DNA of 63,791 bases, the filler included, from Chiloscyllium plagiosum (lineage: Eukaryota), in assembly GCF_004010195.1 (NCBI RefSeq). It is 6 parts of 2 records of this genome, joined end to end, with 100 filler letters (N's around TTAATTAATTAA, not from the genome) between each part and the next. Parts side by side here need not be neighbours in the genome. Positions count along the whole stretch, not along the records: positions 14,833 to 40,961 come from NC_057712.1; positions 41,062 to 51,961 come from NC_057712.1; 4 more parts are not named here. One strand, given 5' to 3'. The translations under genes were made by a program, and so were the position numbers. Below the pieces are notes generated by a model. That model was not told where the DNA came from. It searched no databases and saw only the letters and a list, made by a program, of their open reading frames with translations. Below, in pieces: positions 37,846 through 51,244 of this stretch. Within the stretch, counting starts at the first letter, position 1. The number at the start of each line of letters is the position of its first letter.

Positions 37846-40769
37846 ATGAACATAGTATGTTTCCATGATTCCCATTGACTTCAGTTTAGCAGGGGTTCCT
37901 TAATGCCACATGTGGTCAGATGTGGATTGCTGTCAAGCACAGTCACTTTCACCATATCGTGGAGTACAGCCCTTTTGACCATGTAGGGACCAAGGTTTCA
38001 ATGAAATGAGCAGCTGAGGGGAATGAAATCCAAATTGAGTGTCAGTGAGCAGATTATTGTTGAGTAAGTGGCACTTGATAACACAGTCAATGACACCTTC
38101 CCTCACTGAGCTGATGAATGAGAGTAGACTCTAATGGCAGGATAATAGGCTGTGCTTGGCATTGTCCTTTGTTTTGTATACAGGGCATAGCTAGGAAAGT
38201 TTCCACATTGTCTGACAGATGCCAGTATTGTAGCTGAACTGAAACAGTTTGGCTTGGGGCATAACAAGTTCTGGAGCAGAAGTCTTCAGTACAATTGGCA
38301 GAGTATAATCAGGGCCTATTGCTTTTGTAACATCTAATGTATACAGCGTAGGGAGTGAATAAAATTGGCTTAAAGTTAGTACACATGATGATGGGTACAC
38401 AGAAATATAGAAAACGGAAACAAAAATCAGCCATTCAGCCTGTCAAGCTTGCTCTGTTATTCAATATGACCACTGCTGATTATCCAACTCAGTACCTTCT
38501 TCTGCTTTCGATCCATATCTTTTGATCTCTTTAGCTCAAAGAATTACATCCACCTCCTTCTTGAAAACATTCAATGTTTTGGGGTCAACCACTTTATGTG
38601 GTAGAGAATTCACAGGCTCATCACTTTTGGTTGAAGAAATTATTCCTAATTACTCCTAAACTGAGGTCTCACCAAAATCCTATATAACTGCAGCAAGATA
38701 TCTCTGCTTCTGTACTCAAATCCTCTCACTATAAAAGTCAACATACTACTTTCCTTCTCCACTGCCTACTGCACAATATGCTTACCTTCGGCACTTGGTA
38801 AACAAGGACCCCAGGTCTTGTTGCACTTCACATATTTTTGATCAATTGTCTTTCAGATAATGATCTGCCTTCCTATTTTTGCTGCCAAAGTGGTACTTAA
38901 TTTTCACGCAGCTTGTCCAAATCACACTGAAGCATTTCTGCATCCTCCTCACAGTTCATCCTCCACCCAGCATTAGGTATTTCAGGTGAAGGCCATGAGA
39001 GATTGTAAAATTGGTACTTCTGGCTGAAGTTTCTTGCAAATGTTTCAACCTTGCCTGTTGCACAGATGAGCTAGGTTCCCGTTATTGAGGCTGGGGATGT
39101 TTGGAGATTCTCCTCTGCCTATCAGCTGTTTAACTGGTCATCATCATTCATGACCAAATGTGTCAGGACTGCAGAGATTTGATCCAGTTATTGGTTGTAC
39201 AATCAGTTAGCTTTGTTTGTCACATAATGCATCCAGAGTTTGAAATGCAAGTAGACCTGTGCTGTAGTTTCAGCAGGTTGACACCTTGCATTTATAGGGC
39301 ACCTACTGCTATATCTGCATTCTTCATTAAACCAGTAGTTGATCCCTGGCTTAGTAATGGTAATATGGGTGACATGGAAGACATAAAGTTACAGATTGCA
39401 ATTCAATACAATTCTGCTGCTGTTGATCATAATGATCCTCATGAATGTAGTCTTGAATTGTCATAGCTGTCCAAAATCTCTCCAATATATGATGGTAGTG
39501 CTACATAACATGATGGAGACAGTCTCAAATATGATGGCAAGACTTTGTCTCTATATTGACTTTGCAGTGGTCATTCCTATAGATTCTATTATGAATAGAT
39601 GCATCTGCTATGTATCGATTGGTAAGGATGAGGTTGAGAACATTTTTCCTTTTTGGTTCCCTCAATACCTACCATAGACCCAGTATGGCAGCAATGTTCT
39701 TTGGGACTCGGCCAGCTTGGCCAATAATGTTGTTTTAGACACTGACATCCCCCACCTCAAATATATTCTGCACCCTTATCGCCCTTAGAGTACCCTAATA
39801 TTGATGTTCAACATGGGTGAGTACCAATTCCTCACATGACGGGTGTGGTATATGGTAATGAGCAGGGTGTTCCTTTGCTAATTTTTGACCTGATGTTTTG
39901 AGATCTCAATGGACTTGGAGACAATGTTGAAGACTCCTGGGGCAACAGAGAAAATTTGTCCTGACTAAAACACTGTGACCTGGTGGGTCTGTGCTGTGCT
40001 GAGGTAGAATATGGTGTGGGAACATATATTTTTCTTTTTGGACTATAAGCTAGACTGGAAAGTGGAAAAATATGCATAGTACCTCAGGAGACATCATAAA
40101 AGGAGACATTTGTCCTCACTGCCTTCAAAGCTGAAAACAGACTTGTTAGCAAATTCTTTTCAGGGAACTCCTGTACTACCTGCCTGGTTCTCTCAGACAA
40201 CCTAAAACGTAACCAGTCCTTATCTCTCTGCTCACCCCTAAGATGCAAGGTGCCACCTTCCTAAATATGCTAGTCATATTGTCCTCTGTTCATGTGGTTC
40301 CAAAGTTGGAGCTCCAGCTTGTATAGATGATGACACTGTGTGTTCTTCTGGGGCATGTGATGCCTCATTAACATTCTATCACTCTGCTCTCATCAACCAT
40401 CTTTGTCACTTCCTCAAAAAATTCAATAAAGTTTGTGAGATAAGACCTCCTCCATACAAAGCAATGCTGCCTATTGCTTATACATCTATATTTTTCCAAA
40501 TGCAAGTAAATCTTGTCCATAAGAATTTTATGCAATAATATCCCAATCACTGATGTAAGGCTTACTATCTTCTAATTCTTGTGGATGTTATCTTTTCAAG
40601 GATGAGGATTCCCAAATCCTCATAAAAGGAGACATTTCTGCGGTGGCTTTCTAGGTGGGTTTCTGCGGTGTTTCTCCATTTAAATAATATTCAGCTGTTC
40701 TATTTTTCCTGTCAAACTGCTTACTTCACATTTTACCACATTATTCTTCCTAAATTTGCCAACTTGCCT

Positions 40770-41291
40770 AACCTAACGCCCCCAGGTCTAACCCCGCCCC
40801 CACACCCAGCTCCAGCCCCACACCAGGTCCTAGCTCCCAGCCCTGCCGTGTTTTCACCATCCCTCCAGACCTACCCCTCTCTGAGGATGAAAGATCAGTC
40901 CTCAGCAGAGGGCCCACCTTCATTCCCCTACGCTCCCGGATTGATGAATTCAACACGCGGCNNNNNNNNNNNNNNNNNNNNNNNNNNNNNNNNNNNNNNN
41001 NNNNNTTAATTAATTAANNNNNNNNNNNNNNNNNNNNNNNNNNNNNNNNNNNNNNNNNNNNATCCCCATCCCCATTCACCTATTGTACTCTATGCTACTT
41101 TCTCCCCGCCCCCACCCCCCTCTCATTTATCTCTTCCCTCTGCAGGCACCCAGCCTCGATTCCTGATGAAGGGCTTTTGCTCGAAACATCAATTTTCCTG
41201 CTCCTCGGATGCTGCCTGACCTGCTGTGCTTTTCCAGCACTACTCTAATCTAGACTCTGGTTTCCAGCATCTGCAGTCCTTGTTTTTACCC
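40770..41291 (+). mobile_element. PLE fragments on both sides of a contig linker
   Basis: 5' part reads RVFTIPPDLPLSEDERSVLSRG..F.P (PLE N-terminal region); 3' part 41062-41291 is the PLE terminus with a hammerhead-like core. A related terminus with a deleted core is at 52062-52284. Confidence 0.7.
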
Positions 41292-42693
41292 TGTAATCCT
41301 CCCTCTGACTCTGCTCCCTGTAAACAAGGCCACAAATGCTCAAAATAAGTTCGTTTTTTGTAATTTAGTCTTGATTACCAAGGGGATGAAAGATTATCAC
41401 GGATATGCAGGAATGTACACCTGAGGTTAAAATCAGATCAGTCATGATCTTATTGAATGGCTGAGCAGTTTACTTATGTTCTTTGTTCTTATTTTCATAT
41501 ATATGTGCGTGTGCCTGTATATTGAAGGCACTCTCTAAGTTGTTTTATCTCTTTCAACTGGTTGAGAGGAAATCACCTGATCTATATGTCTTCCTCACTA
41601 ATCAAATTGATTCTGTATTTCAACTATCTAGGTCATGTTCTGTCCATTCATGCAATATTATATTTTTGAAAGCTTTTGAAATTGCTACCCATTCCTTCAG
41701 TTCAGACAGCTTATTTACTGTATTGTCTGTTCACATATATGTCTGTTTTGGGATTAGTTAGAATGGTAAGTGTTTACATTTTCATACCAAGAAATAAATG
41801 TGTTAAGCAATTTTACCTCAATATTGAATAAGTTAAGTTCATAATCAATAAATAATTTTCTGTTTCTTGAAGAAGCCTAGTTGATGCATCTTTTGGCCTT
41901 ATGAGTAACTGCGTAAAACAATTACATTTATATTGTAACACACAGATTAATGCAACTAAAGAAAGATAGTGCATTCCCCTCCTACTCAGACTTTACATAC
42001 TTATATCATCGAATCATAGAATCCCTATGGTGTGGAAACAGGCCATTTTGGCCCAACAAGTTCACACCAACCCTCCGAAGATTATCCCATCCAGCCCTGT
42101 TCTTTTCAAAATGTTTGCAAGTTCGGCAAGTAAGTCTCAAATAATACAATCTTTTAAAAAAATTGAAGTTGGTAATCCAGTGCTTCAGAATAGAGAAGCT
42201 TATTCTTTCCCGTGTTCGAGGTAACTGCATAAGATGCTGTGGAATTGGCTTTGAACGATTTTCAGATTCTCAGTTTAAAAGTGGAGTACTATTGAAGACC
42301 AGAAAGCTTCATCTGGAAGACCAGTTGAGTAGTCTTCTTTTTTCATATTTATTTAAATATTTATACACTTTCGCTGGAAGATGTTTGGAGCAGACTAAAA
42401 CCTGAGGCAAAGAACTTGTCTTATGAAGAAAGGGTTGGGTCCACTCTTTGGAATTAAGATGGATGACAGATGATCTTATTGAGGCATATAAAGTTCTGAG
42501 GAGGAGTTAATAGGGTAGATGCTTCTTCTTGTGGGGAAATACTGAATGGGTATGGGAAGTTTCAAATGAAGGGATGGCTCACTAAAGAGATAGAAGAGGA
42601 CATTTCTCTTTTTCTCTCGGGAATGGTTATTCATTAAAACTATATTGTTTCATTTATTCTTTCATTGGACATTGGGTTTACTGGCCATAAGTT

Positions 42694-42966
42694 TTAGATT
42701 AGATTAGATTACTTACAGTGTGGAAGCAGGCCCTTCGGCCCAAAAATCCACACCGACCCGCTGAAGCGCAACCCACCCACACCCATTCCCCTACACTTAC
42801 CCCTTCGCCTAACACTACAGGCAATTTAGCATGGCCAATTCACCTAACCTGCACATCTTTGGACTGTGGGAGGAAACCGGAGCACCCGGAGGAAACCCAC
42901 GCAGACACGGGGAGAATGTGCAAACCCCACACAGTCAGTCGCCTGAGGCGGGAATTGAACCCGGGT
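42694..42966 (-). mobile_element. HE1/V-SINE-type SINE
   Basis: Reverse complement of the same consensus; (agatt)n tail at the left. Confidence 0.85.
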
Positions 42967-43885
42967 CAATTTTTTGTTGTCCATTTTTTTACTGTTCGTG
43001 AGTTGAGTGGCTTGCAGACCACACATAAAGGTCACAAGTATTACAGGGGCCAGATGAAGTAAGAGTGGAAAATATCCTTCCTGCAAGGACATTAGTGAAC
43101 CAGAAAGTTTTTTAAGAAAATTAATGACCGCTGTCAAGATCAAAAAGACTGGCATTAAATTTTGGATTTATTTCAGACTCCCACCACCTGATGTGCTTTG
43201 CTTGGTGGTCATCCATTCCCCTTTCTTCCAATTCCTTGAGCTGCGATGTGACTACCTCTCTAAACATGCTATCTACCTAGCTCTCAGCCTTGCAAATATA
43301 CCACAGTGTCTCCAGCTGGTGCTTGGACTGTGTAACACAAAGCTCAAGTTTCTGCAGTTAGGAGCACTTTGTGCACACATGGTCATCTGGACAGCAGCAG
43401 GGTCCATGACTTCTCACATGTGACAGGTCATATATTCCTTTCAGATGACTTCACCTGCCATGATTTAAACTCAAATTTACTTAGTCTTACTTGCTAACTT
43501 TTCTAATTAGTTAATCTTAAAGATACTTTCTTTATCTTAATTTTAGTCTCCTCTATTTGATAACTTTTACTTCTCAGTTCCTTCTTAGTTAAACTCCCTT
43601 AATAACCTACCAGCATGTAATCCTTGATCTGCTCCTGCCCCTACTGATCTGTGAAAGTCGTTCAGAAAAACAAGACAACCGATAAAAAGAAAAGCTCCCC
43701 CCCATACTGTACCCAACTCCCTCACTTACCAAACTGCCACATTTTACTCAGTCAGTTGTGTTCTGTGTATGCTATTTAGTTACAAAATGATCTTAATTTA
43801 AATAATACCATTAGTCACTGTACAGAATAGGTGGACAAAGTCTAGATTATAACTGAATGATACGTTGTTCCAAATTTCAATTTAC

Positions 43886-44032
43886 CTTCGCTAGTCTTTT
43901 GCAGAAAACTTCAAGTTTACCAAATATGTACATCTCTGACACATCAAATGGATTATCTTGTGCTGTCTCAGTTGTATATTTCTTTGTGTTCTGGAAGTAT
44001 TTGCGATATTCCACTAACAATTTCTTACATTC
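43886..44032 (-). CDS. DNAH8: DNAH8-like exon
   Basis: atttcag|GAA...AAG|gtaaat; 147 bp = ECKKLLVEYRKYFQNTKKYTTETAQDNPFDVSEMYIFGKLEVFCKRLAK (conserved SEMYIFGK..FC.RL.K). Confidence 0.85.
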
Positions 44033-46433
44033 CTGAAATCCAATAACATACTGTGACAGGTAATTAAATATTTACACATTTCTATTATTTTAGACTAATA
44101 CAGCACACTAGGTATCGATTGAGACTATTGTGCAGACTCTGAGAGCTATCCATGTAACACCAATTCTCTTCTTTCACCATAGCCTTACAGTTTTTTCCAC
44201 TGCAATGTTCGTCCTTTTTTTACATATTACTTGGGAATCTTTTTCTATCACTTTTTTTAGCAGTGTGTTTTAGAAAAGAATGATTGATCACATCATCGCT
44301 GGTTCTTTTGCTGATTAATGTAACACTGTTCCTTGATAACTGCCCCTCCATTATTCAGTTAATTCTACAACATCAAAACGAGTCATGATTTTGAACAATT
44401 CCCTCAAAACCTTAACATTTTCTTTTTCTTGAAGACAAAAATCCAGTTTCACCACAAAATCTATCAAGCCTGGTCATATTCTGTCATTTAGTAGTACAGA
44501 ATTAGTTTCAGTGTCCAGTAGAAAAACATTCTCAGTGTCTACCCTATCTTCACCTTCTAATCTTGTATGCTTCAATGAGATCACCATTTGTTCTTCTAAA
44601 TGCCAAAGACTATAGGCTGAACTTACTCTGCCTCTTAAGTGAAAAACCTTTCAACGCAGGGACCAATGTAGTGAAAAATTTAGAGCTGAGAGACTTTCCT
44701 ACTAAAATACATTATAATATGTCCAAATTTCTTGTGGCCCCTCTGACTTTGTGGCAATTTTCATTTATGATAGAAAATACATATCAAGAAATTCCTAAAT
44801 GAATATTCATGACGAAAGCAAATGAATATTCATTACCTGTGTATAACCTAGCCTATCATTAAATATATGGAGAGAAAACAAAGTTAACATTGACTGTCAG
44901 TTCTGACTGTCAGTTTGGGTCACTGGACCCGAACCGTTAACTCTGATTTCTCTCCACAGATGCTGCCAAACCTTCTGGGATCTTCCAGCAATTTCTCTTT
45001 TTGTTTTAGATTTCCAGCATCTGCAATTCTTTTGGTTTTTATCTGTCACTAAATCTACTGGCTACTTCTGTTCATGTAAGCAAAGCTTTTCTCTGTCAAT
45101 TTGTACCTTCTGAATTGTTCTTCTCTTAACAATTCTAGGCTTTCCTTTTATTTCATTCTTTGGAATTTTTACTCCAGTTTGCCTTTACCTTTTCCTCTCT
45201 GTCCAGTTCAATTTTTAAAAAATTTCTTTCTTGAACTCAAACTTCCTCTTATTTCCAGCTCTTTCCAATACAAGTTGCTTTGATTGAAAACTAGCCAAAG
45301 TCAAAGAGTTGGGCATGCTCACTGGGTTAGAAATACATTCAAGACTTGCCACTACAAGCATAAAAAAAAAGTCAAAACCAGCAGCTCTGCATTTGAATGC
45401 ATGTATTCAGAACAAAGTAAATAAATTGATGATGCACATTGAAATAAATAAAACCTGATCAGATAACTATTACAGAAATGTGGCTGCCTGGTGAGAATTG
45501 GGACCAGAATATAAAGGAATTAGAAATTAGAAAACTAGGTAAAGGTTGAGGGGCAGCACTGTTATTCAAGGATAGCATCAGTGCAATAGTTTGAGACAAC
45601 ATTGATTCAAGAAATCAGGGTGAATAATCAGTTTGGATGGAAATAAGGAATAGTCAGAGGATTCACCAGTGGAAGTGTCCTGCAGTCCCCTTAAAGATTA
45701 CCACAGTGGAGGACACAGTATAAAAGGAGAAGTATTAGATCCTTGTAATAGAGGGACAGCAATAATCATAGATAATTTTAATCAACATATAAATGAATTG
45801 GTCATAGCAGCCTATGAAGATTTCACGGAATAATTTTGAAAACGTTTCCAATACATCAATTAAACCTACCTCCACCAATCCAAACCTTAGCTACATGCTG
45901 TATTAAAAAAAGGTTTCTCAACCCACATTTGCTTCTTTTGCTGTGCTCTATGGTTCTTGATTTTTAGAAGTAGAAACAGTTTCTCCTTGCCCAATCTGCC
46001 AGAGACTGCTAATGCTTTTGCAAAGTTGCACCAAATCTTCTCTTTAGCTTCTCCTCTCCAAGGAAAATAGTTCCAACCTATCCAATCTTTTCTCATAATC
46101 GAGGCAAAAGGATTTCATGGGATGGACATGGATAAAATGTTATACTTGCTGTGCAAACCAAATCAGGGCCCAAAAACGTAATTAAAAAAATAATTAACAT
46201 GCTATGGAGTTCAAGAGAAACCTCCATTTAAAATTACCATGTTTTCAGGTGATTAGCATTGATACATTTAAGGGAAAGCTCAACAAAAGTGGAGAAGGAT
46301 GGGAAAGATACATTAATGAAGTTAGCTGAAGAAGAGTGAGATATGCTTATGTGGAACACAAAAACCAGTTCGGCAAATGACTTGCTTCTGTGCTGTAAAT
46401 ATTATTTATTACCATGTAATATACAAAGATTAC

Positions 46434-46535
46434 CTGCATCCTATTGATAACGACTTCTGAATCCTGGTCCCATACACGAGCAGTACCGTCTTCAGTGATG
46501 TATTCCTTACAGGCTGTAACCATTTGGTTTGTGAT
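46434..46535 (-). CDS. DNAH8: DNAH8-like exon
   Basis: actttag|ATC...CAG|gtaatc; 102 bp = ITNQMVTACKEYITEDGTARVWDQDSEVVINRMQ; phase 0, continuous with the neighbouring exons. Confidence 0.85.
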
Positions 46536-46625
46536 CTAAAGTTGATAACATGGAATATTACAGTACATGCAGCCTGTATGGAGATTGACTCAAAGATAAA
46601 GTGGATCATCAAATAAAATACCAAC

Positions 46626-46733
46626 CTTAATAAAGAGAGAAGTCATCTGTTGTGAGGTGTTGTAGTACCGTGACACATTGTGGATCATTTGAATGGTATT
46701 TATCAAATTTGGAACACCTCTTGTCATAGTGAC
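46626..46733 (-). CDS. DNAH8: Axonemal dynein heavy chain (DNAH8-like) exon, N-terminal tail region
   Basis: cttacag|GTC...AAG|gttggt; 108 bp = [36 protein letters not shown], matching the recalled DNAH5/8 motif SRYYNTSERMTSLFIK. Confidence 0.85.
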
Positions 46734-47289
46734 CTGTAAGTTGAATTATTCAGAAATACGATGTTGTAAAATCAAAAATATTTACAAACAATGTACAAAA
46801 TTAAAAGATTTAAATAATTTACGGTCCTAGCGGAAGTCTTTTTTTAAAATATGTTAGTAAGTGCTAGTTATAACAAATATTGCCCTTGAAGTCTGGCATT
46901 TTGAAGATGGGGTGCTAATTATGTCAATCTTCCTAATGTGTGTCATTTATTAAAGTCATCTTATCTGACAAGCATCAAAAGAAAATAATTTTGGTAATGA
47001 ATACGTGAACAGCAGCAACTAATTATACAAGTAGATACTTGCAAAAGTGTAGAAAACTTGGATTTACCTTAGAGTTTATTCTCCTCTATCAGTGTTACTC
47101 AGTCAGAAATCTAAACAGGTCTTCTCAGCATTTCTTTGCATTGACTAGCACTGGTGAAGTGGGACCAGCTCTAAGTAATTTCCCAACCATAATATTACAA
47201 AAGGGGCAAATTATTGTTGGTCTGGGAGGAATAATTAATTCAAGATATGCTTTCATTCAAATAGGACACAAAATGAGTGAGGCTTAAAT

Positions 47290-49780
47290 AAATTCTTAAA
47301 CATGGATATGGTCAATGTACAGGTGACATGAAACTTCAAAGAATTATAAACTGTGAGGATAGTGTGGAACTCCAAAAGGACATTGACATGTGGTAGATTG
47401 GGCAGATGGATGACAGATTAGTTCAGTGTAGAGAAATGTGAGGTGATGCACTTTGGTCAGAAGATCATTGAAAGACAATATAAAATAAGGGATGCAATTC
47501 TAAAGACAGTGCAGGAATAGAGGGACTAAGGTGTATATGTGAACAAATCGTTGAAGGTGACAGGACAGGCAGAGAAAACATGAAATAAAGTATACAGTGT
47601 TCTTGGCTTTATTAACAGGGGCATAGAGTAGAAAAGTGTGGTGCTGGAAAAGCACAGCCGGTCATGCAGCATCTGGGGAGCAAGAAGATCGATGTTTCAA
47701 GTATGAGCTGAGCAAGGAAATAATGCTGAACTTGCACAAGACACTGGATAGACCCCAGCTGGAATAATGTTTTCAGCAACAGGCACTGGATTATAAGAAA
47801 AATGCAAATTCATTGGAGAGCATCCAGAAGTGATTTACAAGAATGGTTCCAGGTTATGAGAAACTTCAGCTATAAGAGTAGATTGAAGAAGTTGCGAGTG
47901 TTCTTCCTGGAGAGAAGAAGGCTGACAGGAGATCTGATTGATAGAATATAGAACAGTCTAGCACAGGAACTGGCCCTTCAGCCCATGATGTTGTGTCAAA
48001 CAAATTAAACCAATCCCTTCTGTCTGCCCATGGTCCATATCCCTCCATTCCATCATTATTCATATGCTTATCTAAAAGTACCTTAAACGCTCTATTGTAT
48101 CTGTCTCCAGCACCATACCTAGTAACGCTTCCCAGACAGCTACCACTGTCTGTGTAAAAAACCACTCACACCTCCTTTGAACTTTCCCCCTCTCACCTTA
48201 AATGCATACCCCTTATTATTAGACATTTCAACTCTGGGAAAAAAAGATTCTGACTGTCAACCATATGTATGCATCTCATAATTTTATACACTTCTGTCAA
48301 GTCTCCCCTTGGTCTCTGCTGCTCCAGAGAAAACCACCCAAGTTTTTCTAACCTCTCCTCATAGCTAAAGTTCTCTAATACAGAAGCATCCTGGTAAACC
48401 TTTTCTGCACCCTCCAAAGCCTCCGTATCTTTCCTGCAATGTGTCAAACAGATCTGAACACAAGACTCCAAGTGTGGCCTAACCAAAGCCTTGCAACATG
48501 ACATCCTGACACTTTTATTCAATTCCCCAACCAATAAAGGCACCAAAGCCATACAACTTCTTCGCTACCGTATCTACTTGCGTGGCCACTTTCAGGAAGC
48601 TATGGACTTGAACTCCAAGATTCCTCTGTACATCAATGTTGTGCTGGGTCCTGCCATTAACTGTATACTTTTCCTTAACAGTAGATCTCCCAAAGTGCAG
48701 CACCTCACACTTACCCAGATTAAACTCGATCTGCCATTTGTCTGAGCATATCTGCAACAGATCTACATCCCGTTGTATCCTTTGTCATTCTTCTACACAA
48801 TCTGCAACTCTCCAATCTTTGTGTCTTTTGCAAACTTACTAATCCTGTTTTTTTTCAAGTCATTTATCTATTCACTATCAACCAAGGTCCCAGTACAGAT
48901 CCCTGCGGAACACCACAAGACAACCAATCTCCAGCCAGAAAAATGCTTTTCCACCACTACCCTCTGCCTTCTGTGTGTAAGCCAATTGTGAATCCAAGCA
49001 GTCAAGTCTCCATGGATCCCATACACCTTAATCTTCTCGATGAGCCTACCATGAGGACCTTGTCAAAAGCCTTACTAAAATCCATGCAGACAACATTCTT
49101 TGTTTTACCCTCATCAATCACCTTCATCACCTCCTCAAAAATTCAATTAAGTTAGTAAGACATAACCTGACTTTGACTGTCCCTAATTAGGCCATATGTT
49201 AACACTATTCTCATCTTGACTTGATAAACACAGTCCACTGATTCTTAACCTTCATCACCTCCTCAAAAATTCAATTAAGTTAGTAAGACATAACCTGACT
49301 TTGACTGTCCCTAATTAGGCCATATGTTAACAAATGTGCACAAATCCTTTCCCAAACAATCCTCTCCAATAGCTTCCCAACTAACAATGTCAGACTCACC
49401 TGTCTATAGTTTCCTGGATGATCACTATTTCCTTTCTTGAAGAGAGGAATAAAATTAGCTACTATACAGTCCTCTGGGACCTCTCCAGTGTCTAGTGAGA
49501 ATACAAAAATCTTTATCAAGGCCTCAGCAATCTCCTCCCTTGCCTCTCTCAATAACTGGGGGTAGTTAACATCAGGCCCTGGACATGTATCCAGCTAAAT
49601 GTTTTTCGAGAGACCCAACACCTCTTCTTTCTTGATCTCATAATGTCCTAGTATATTAACATGATCCATACTAATCTCACTGTCCTCCATGTTCTTATCC
49701 TGGATGAATAATGACACAAAATACCCATTTAAGATTCTTGCCTCGAAGCACAAGTTCCCTCTTTATCCTTGAGTTGCCTC
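47290..49780. mobile_element. Plus-strand CR1 fragment abutting a minus-strand CR1 RT region
   Basis: KWQIEFNLGKCEVLHFG, LVRPHLE, PGNYRQVSLT. A short PLE terminus lies at ~47632-47710. Confidence 0.8.
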
Positions 49781-49784
49781 TAAG

Positions 49785-50128
49785 TGCGGCACAGTGATTC
49801 AGTGGTTAGCACTGCTGCTTCACAGCACGAGGGACCCAGGTTCAATTCCAATCTCGAGTGACTCTCTGCGTGGAGTTTGCACATTCTCCCCGTGTCTGCG
49901 TGGGTTTCCTCCAGGTGCACCGGTTTCGTCCCACAGTCCAAAGATGTGCAGGTTAGGTGAATTGGCCATGCTAAATTACCCATAGTGTTCAGGGATATGT
50001 AGGTTAGGTGCATTAGTCAGGGGTAAATATAGGATAATAGAGTAGGGGAATGGGTCTGGGTGGGTTACTCTTCCAAGGGTTGGTGTGGACTTGTTGGGCC
50101 TGTTTCCACACTGTAGGGATTCCATGAT
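49785..50128 (+). mobile_element. HE1/V-SINE-type SINE
   Basis: Same consensus with A/B boxes. Confidence 0.83.
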
Positions 50129-50552
50129 TGTCCTATCCTCCTACAGTCATTGAGTCATAGAGATGTACAGCACGGAAACAGACCCTTCGGTCCGGCAACA
50201 TCCTTGTAAATCTTTTCTGAACCCTTTCAATTTTCACAACATCTTTCCGATAGGAAGGAGACCAGAATTGACACAATATTCCAACAGTGGCCTAACCAAT
50301 GTCCTGTACAGCCACAACATGACTTCCCAACTCCTGTACTCAATACTCTGACTAATAAAGGAAAGCATACCAAATGCCTTCTTCAGTATCCTATCTACCT
50401 ACGACTCCAATTTCAAGGAGCTATGAACCTGCACTCCAAGGTCTCTTTGCTCAGCAACACTCCCTAGAACCTTACCAATAAGTGTATAAGTCCTGCTAAG
50501 TTTTGCTTTCCCAAAATGCAGCACCTCGCATTTATCTGAATTGGATGGGATG

Positions 50553-51192
50553 GGATTACTTGCAGTGTGGAACAAGTCCACACCGACCCTCCAAAGAGCA
50601 ACCCACCCAGGCCCATTCCCCTACACTAACCCCTTCACCTAACACTAAGGACAATTTAGCATGGCCATTTCACCTAACCTGCACATTTTTGGACTGGGGA
50701 GGAAACTGGGGAGTAAACCCACACAGACACAGAGAGAATGTGCAAACTCCACACAGACAGTTGCCTGAGGCAGGAATTGAACCCGGGTCTCTGGCGCTGT
50801 GAGGCAGCAGCGCTAACCACTGTGTCACCCCAGGTTCATGACTTTTAGATTAGATTACTTACAGTATGGAAACAAGCCCTTTGGCCCAAAAATCCACACC
50901 GACCCTCCGAAGAGCAACCCACCCAGACCCATTCCCCTATAGTTACCCCTTCACCTAACACTATGGGCAATTTAGCATGGCTAATTCACCTAACCTGCAC
51001 ATTTTTGGACTGTGGGAGGAAACCAGAGCACCCGGACGAAACCCACGCAATCACGGGGAGAATGTGCAAACTCCACACAGACACAGGGAGAATGTGCAAA
51101 CTCCATACAGACAGTCGCCTGAGGCGGGAATTGAACCCAGGTCTCTGGCATTGTGAGGCAGCAGTGCTAACCACTGTGTCACCATGCCACCC
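50553..51192 (-). mobile_element. Two tandem HE1/V-SINE-type SINEs
   Basis: Copies at ~50553-50829 and ~50844-51192; the second has a 30-bp internal tandem duplication (51052-51111). Confidence 0.82.
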
Positions 51193-51244
51193 AATTAAAC
51201 CCCATCTGCCAATTCTCAGCCCATTGGCCCATCTGGTCAAGATA

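Noticed and set aside
41810..41885. Minus-strand donor-like site (GAG|gtaaaa) as the next dynein exon
   Set aside because: No frame resembles the expected dynein continuation, and stops occur upstream.
46430..46624. ORF-track 64-aa peptide MVFYLMIHF...
   Set aside because: Wrong frame; the real product is the dynein exon 46535-46434 in another frame.
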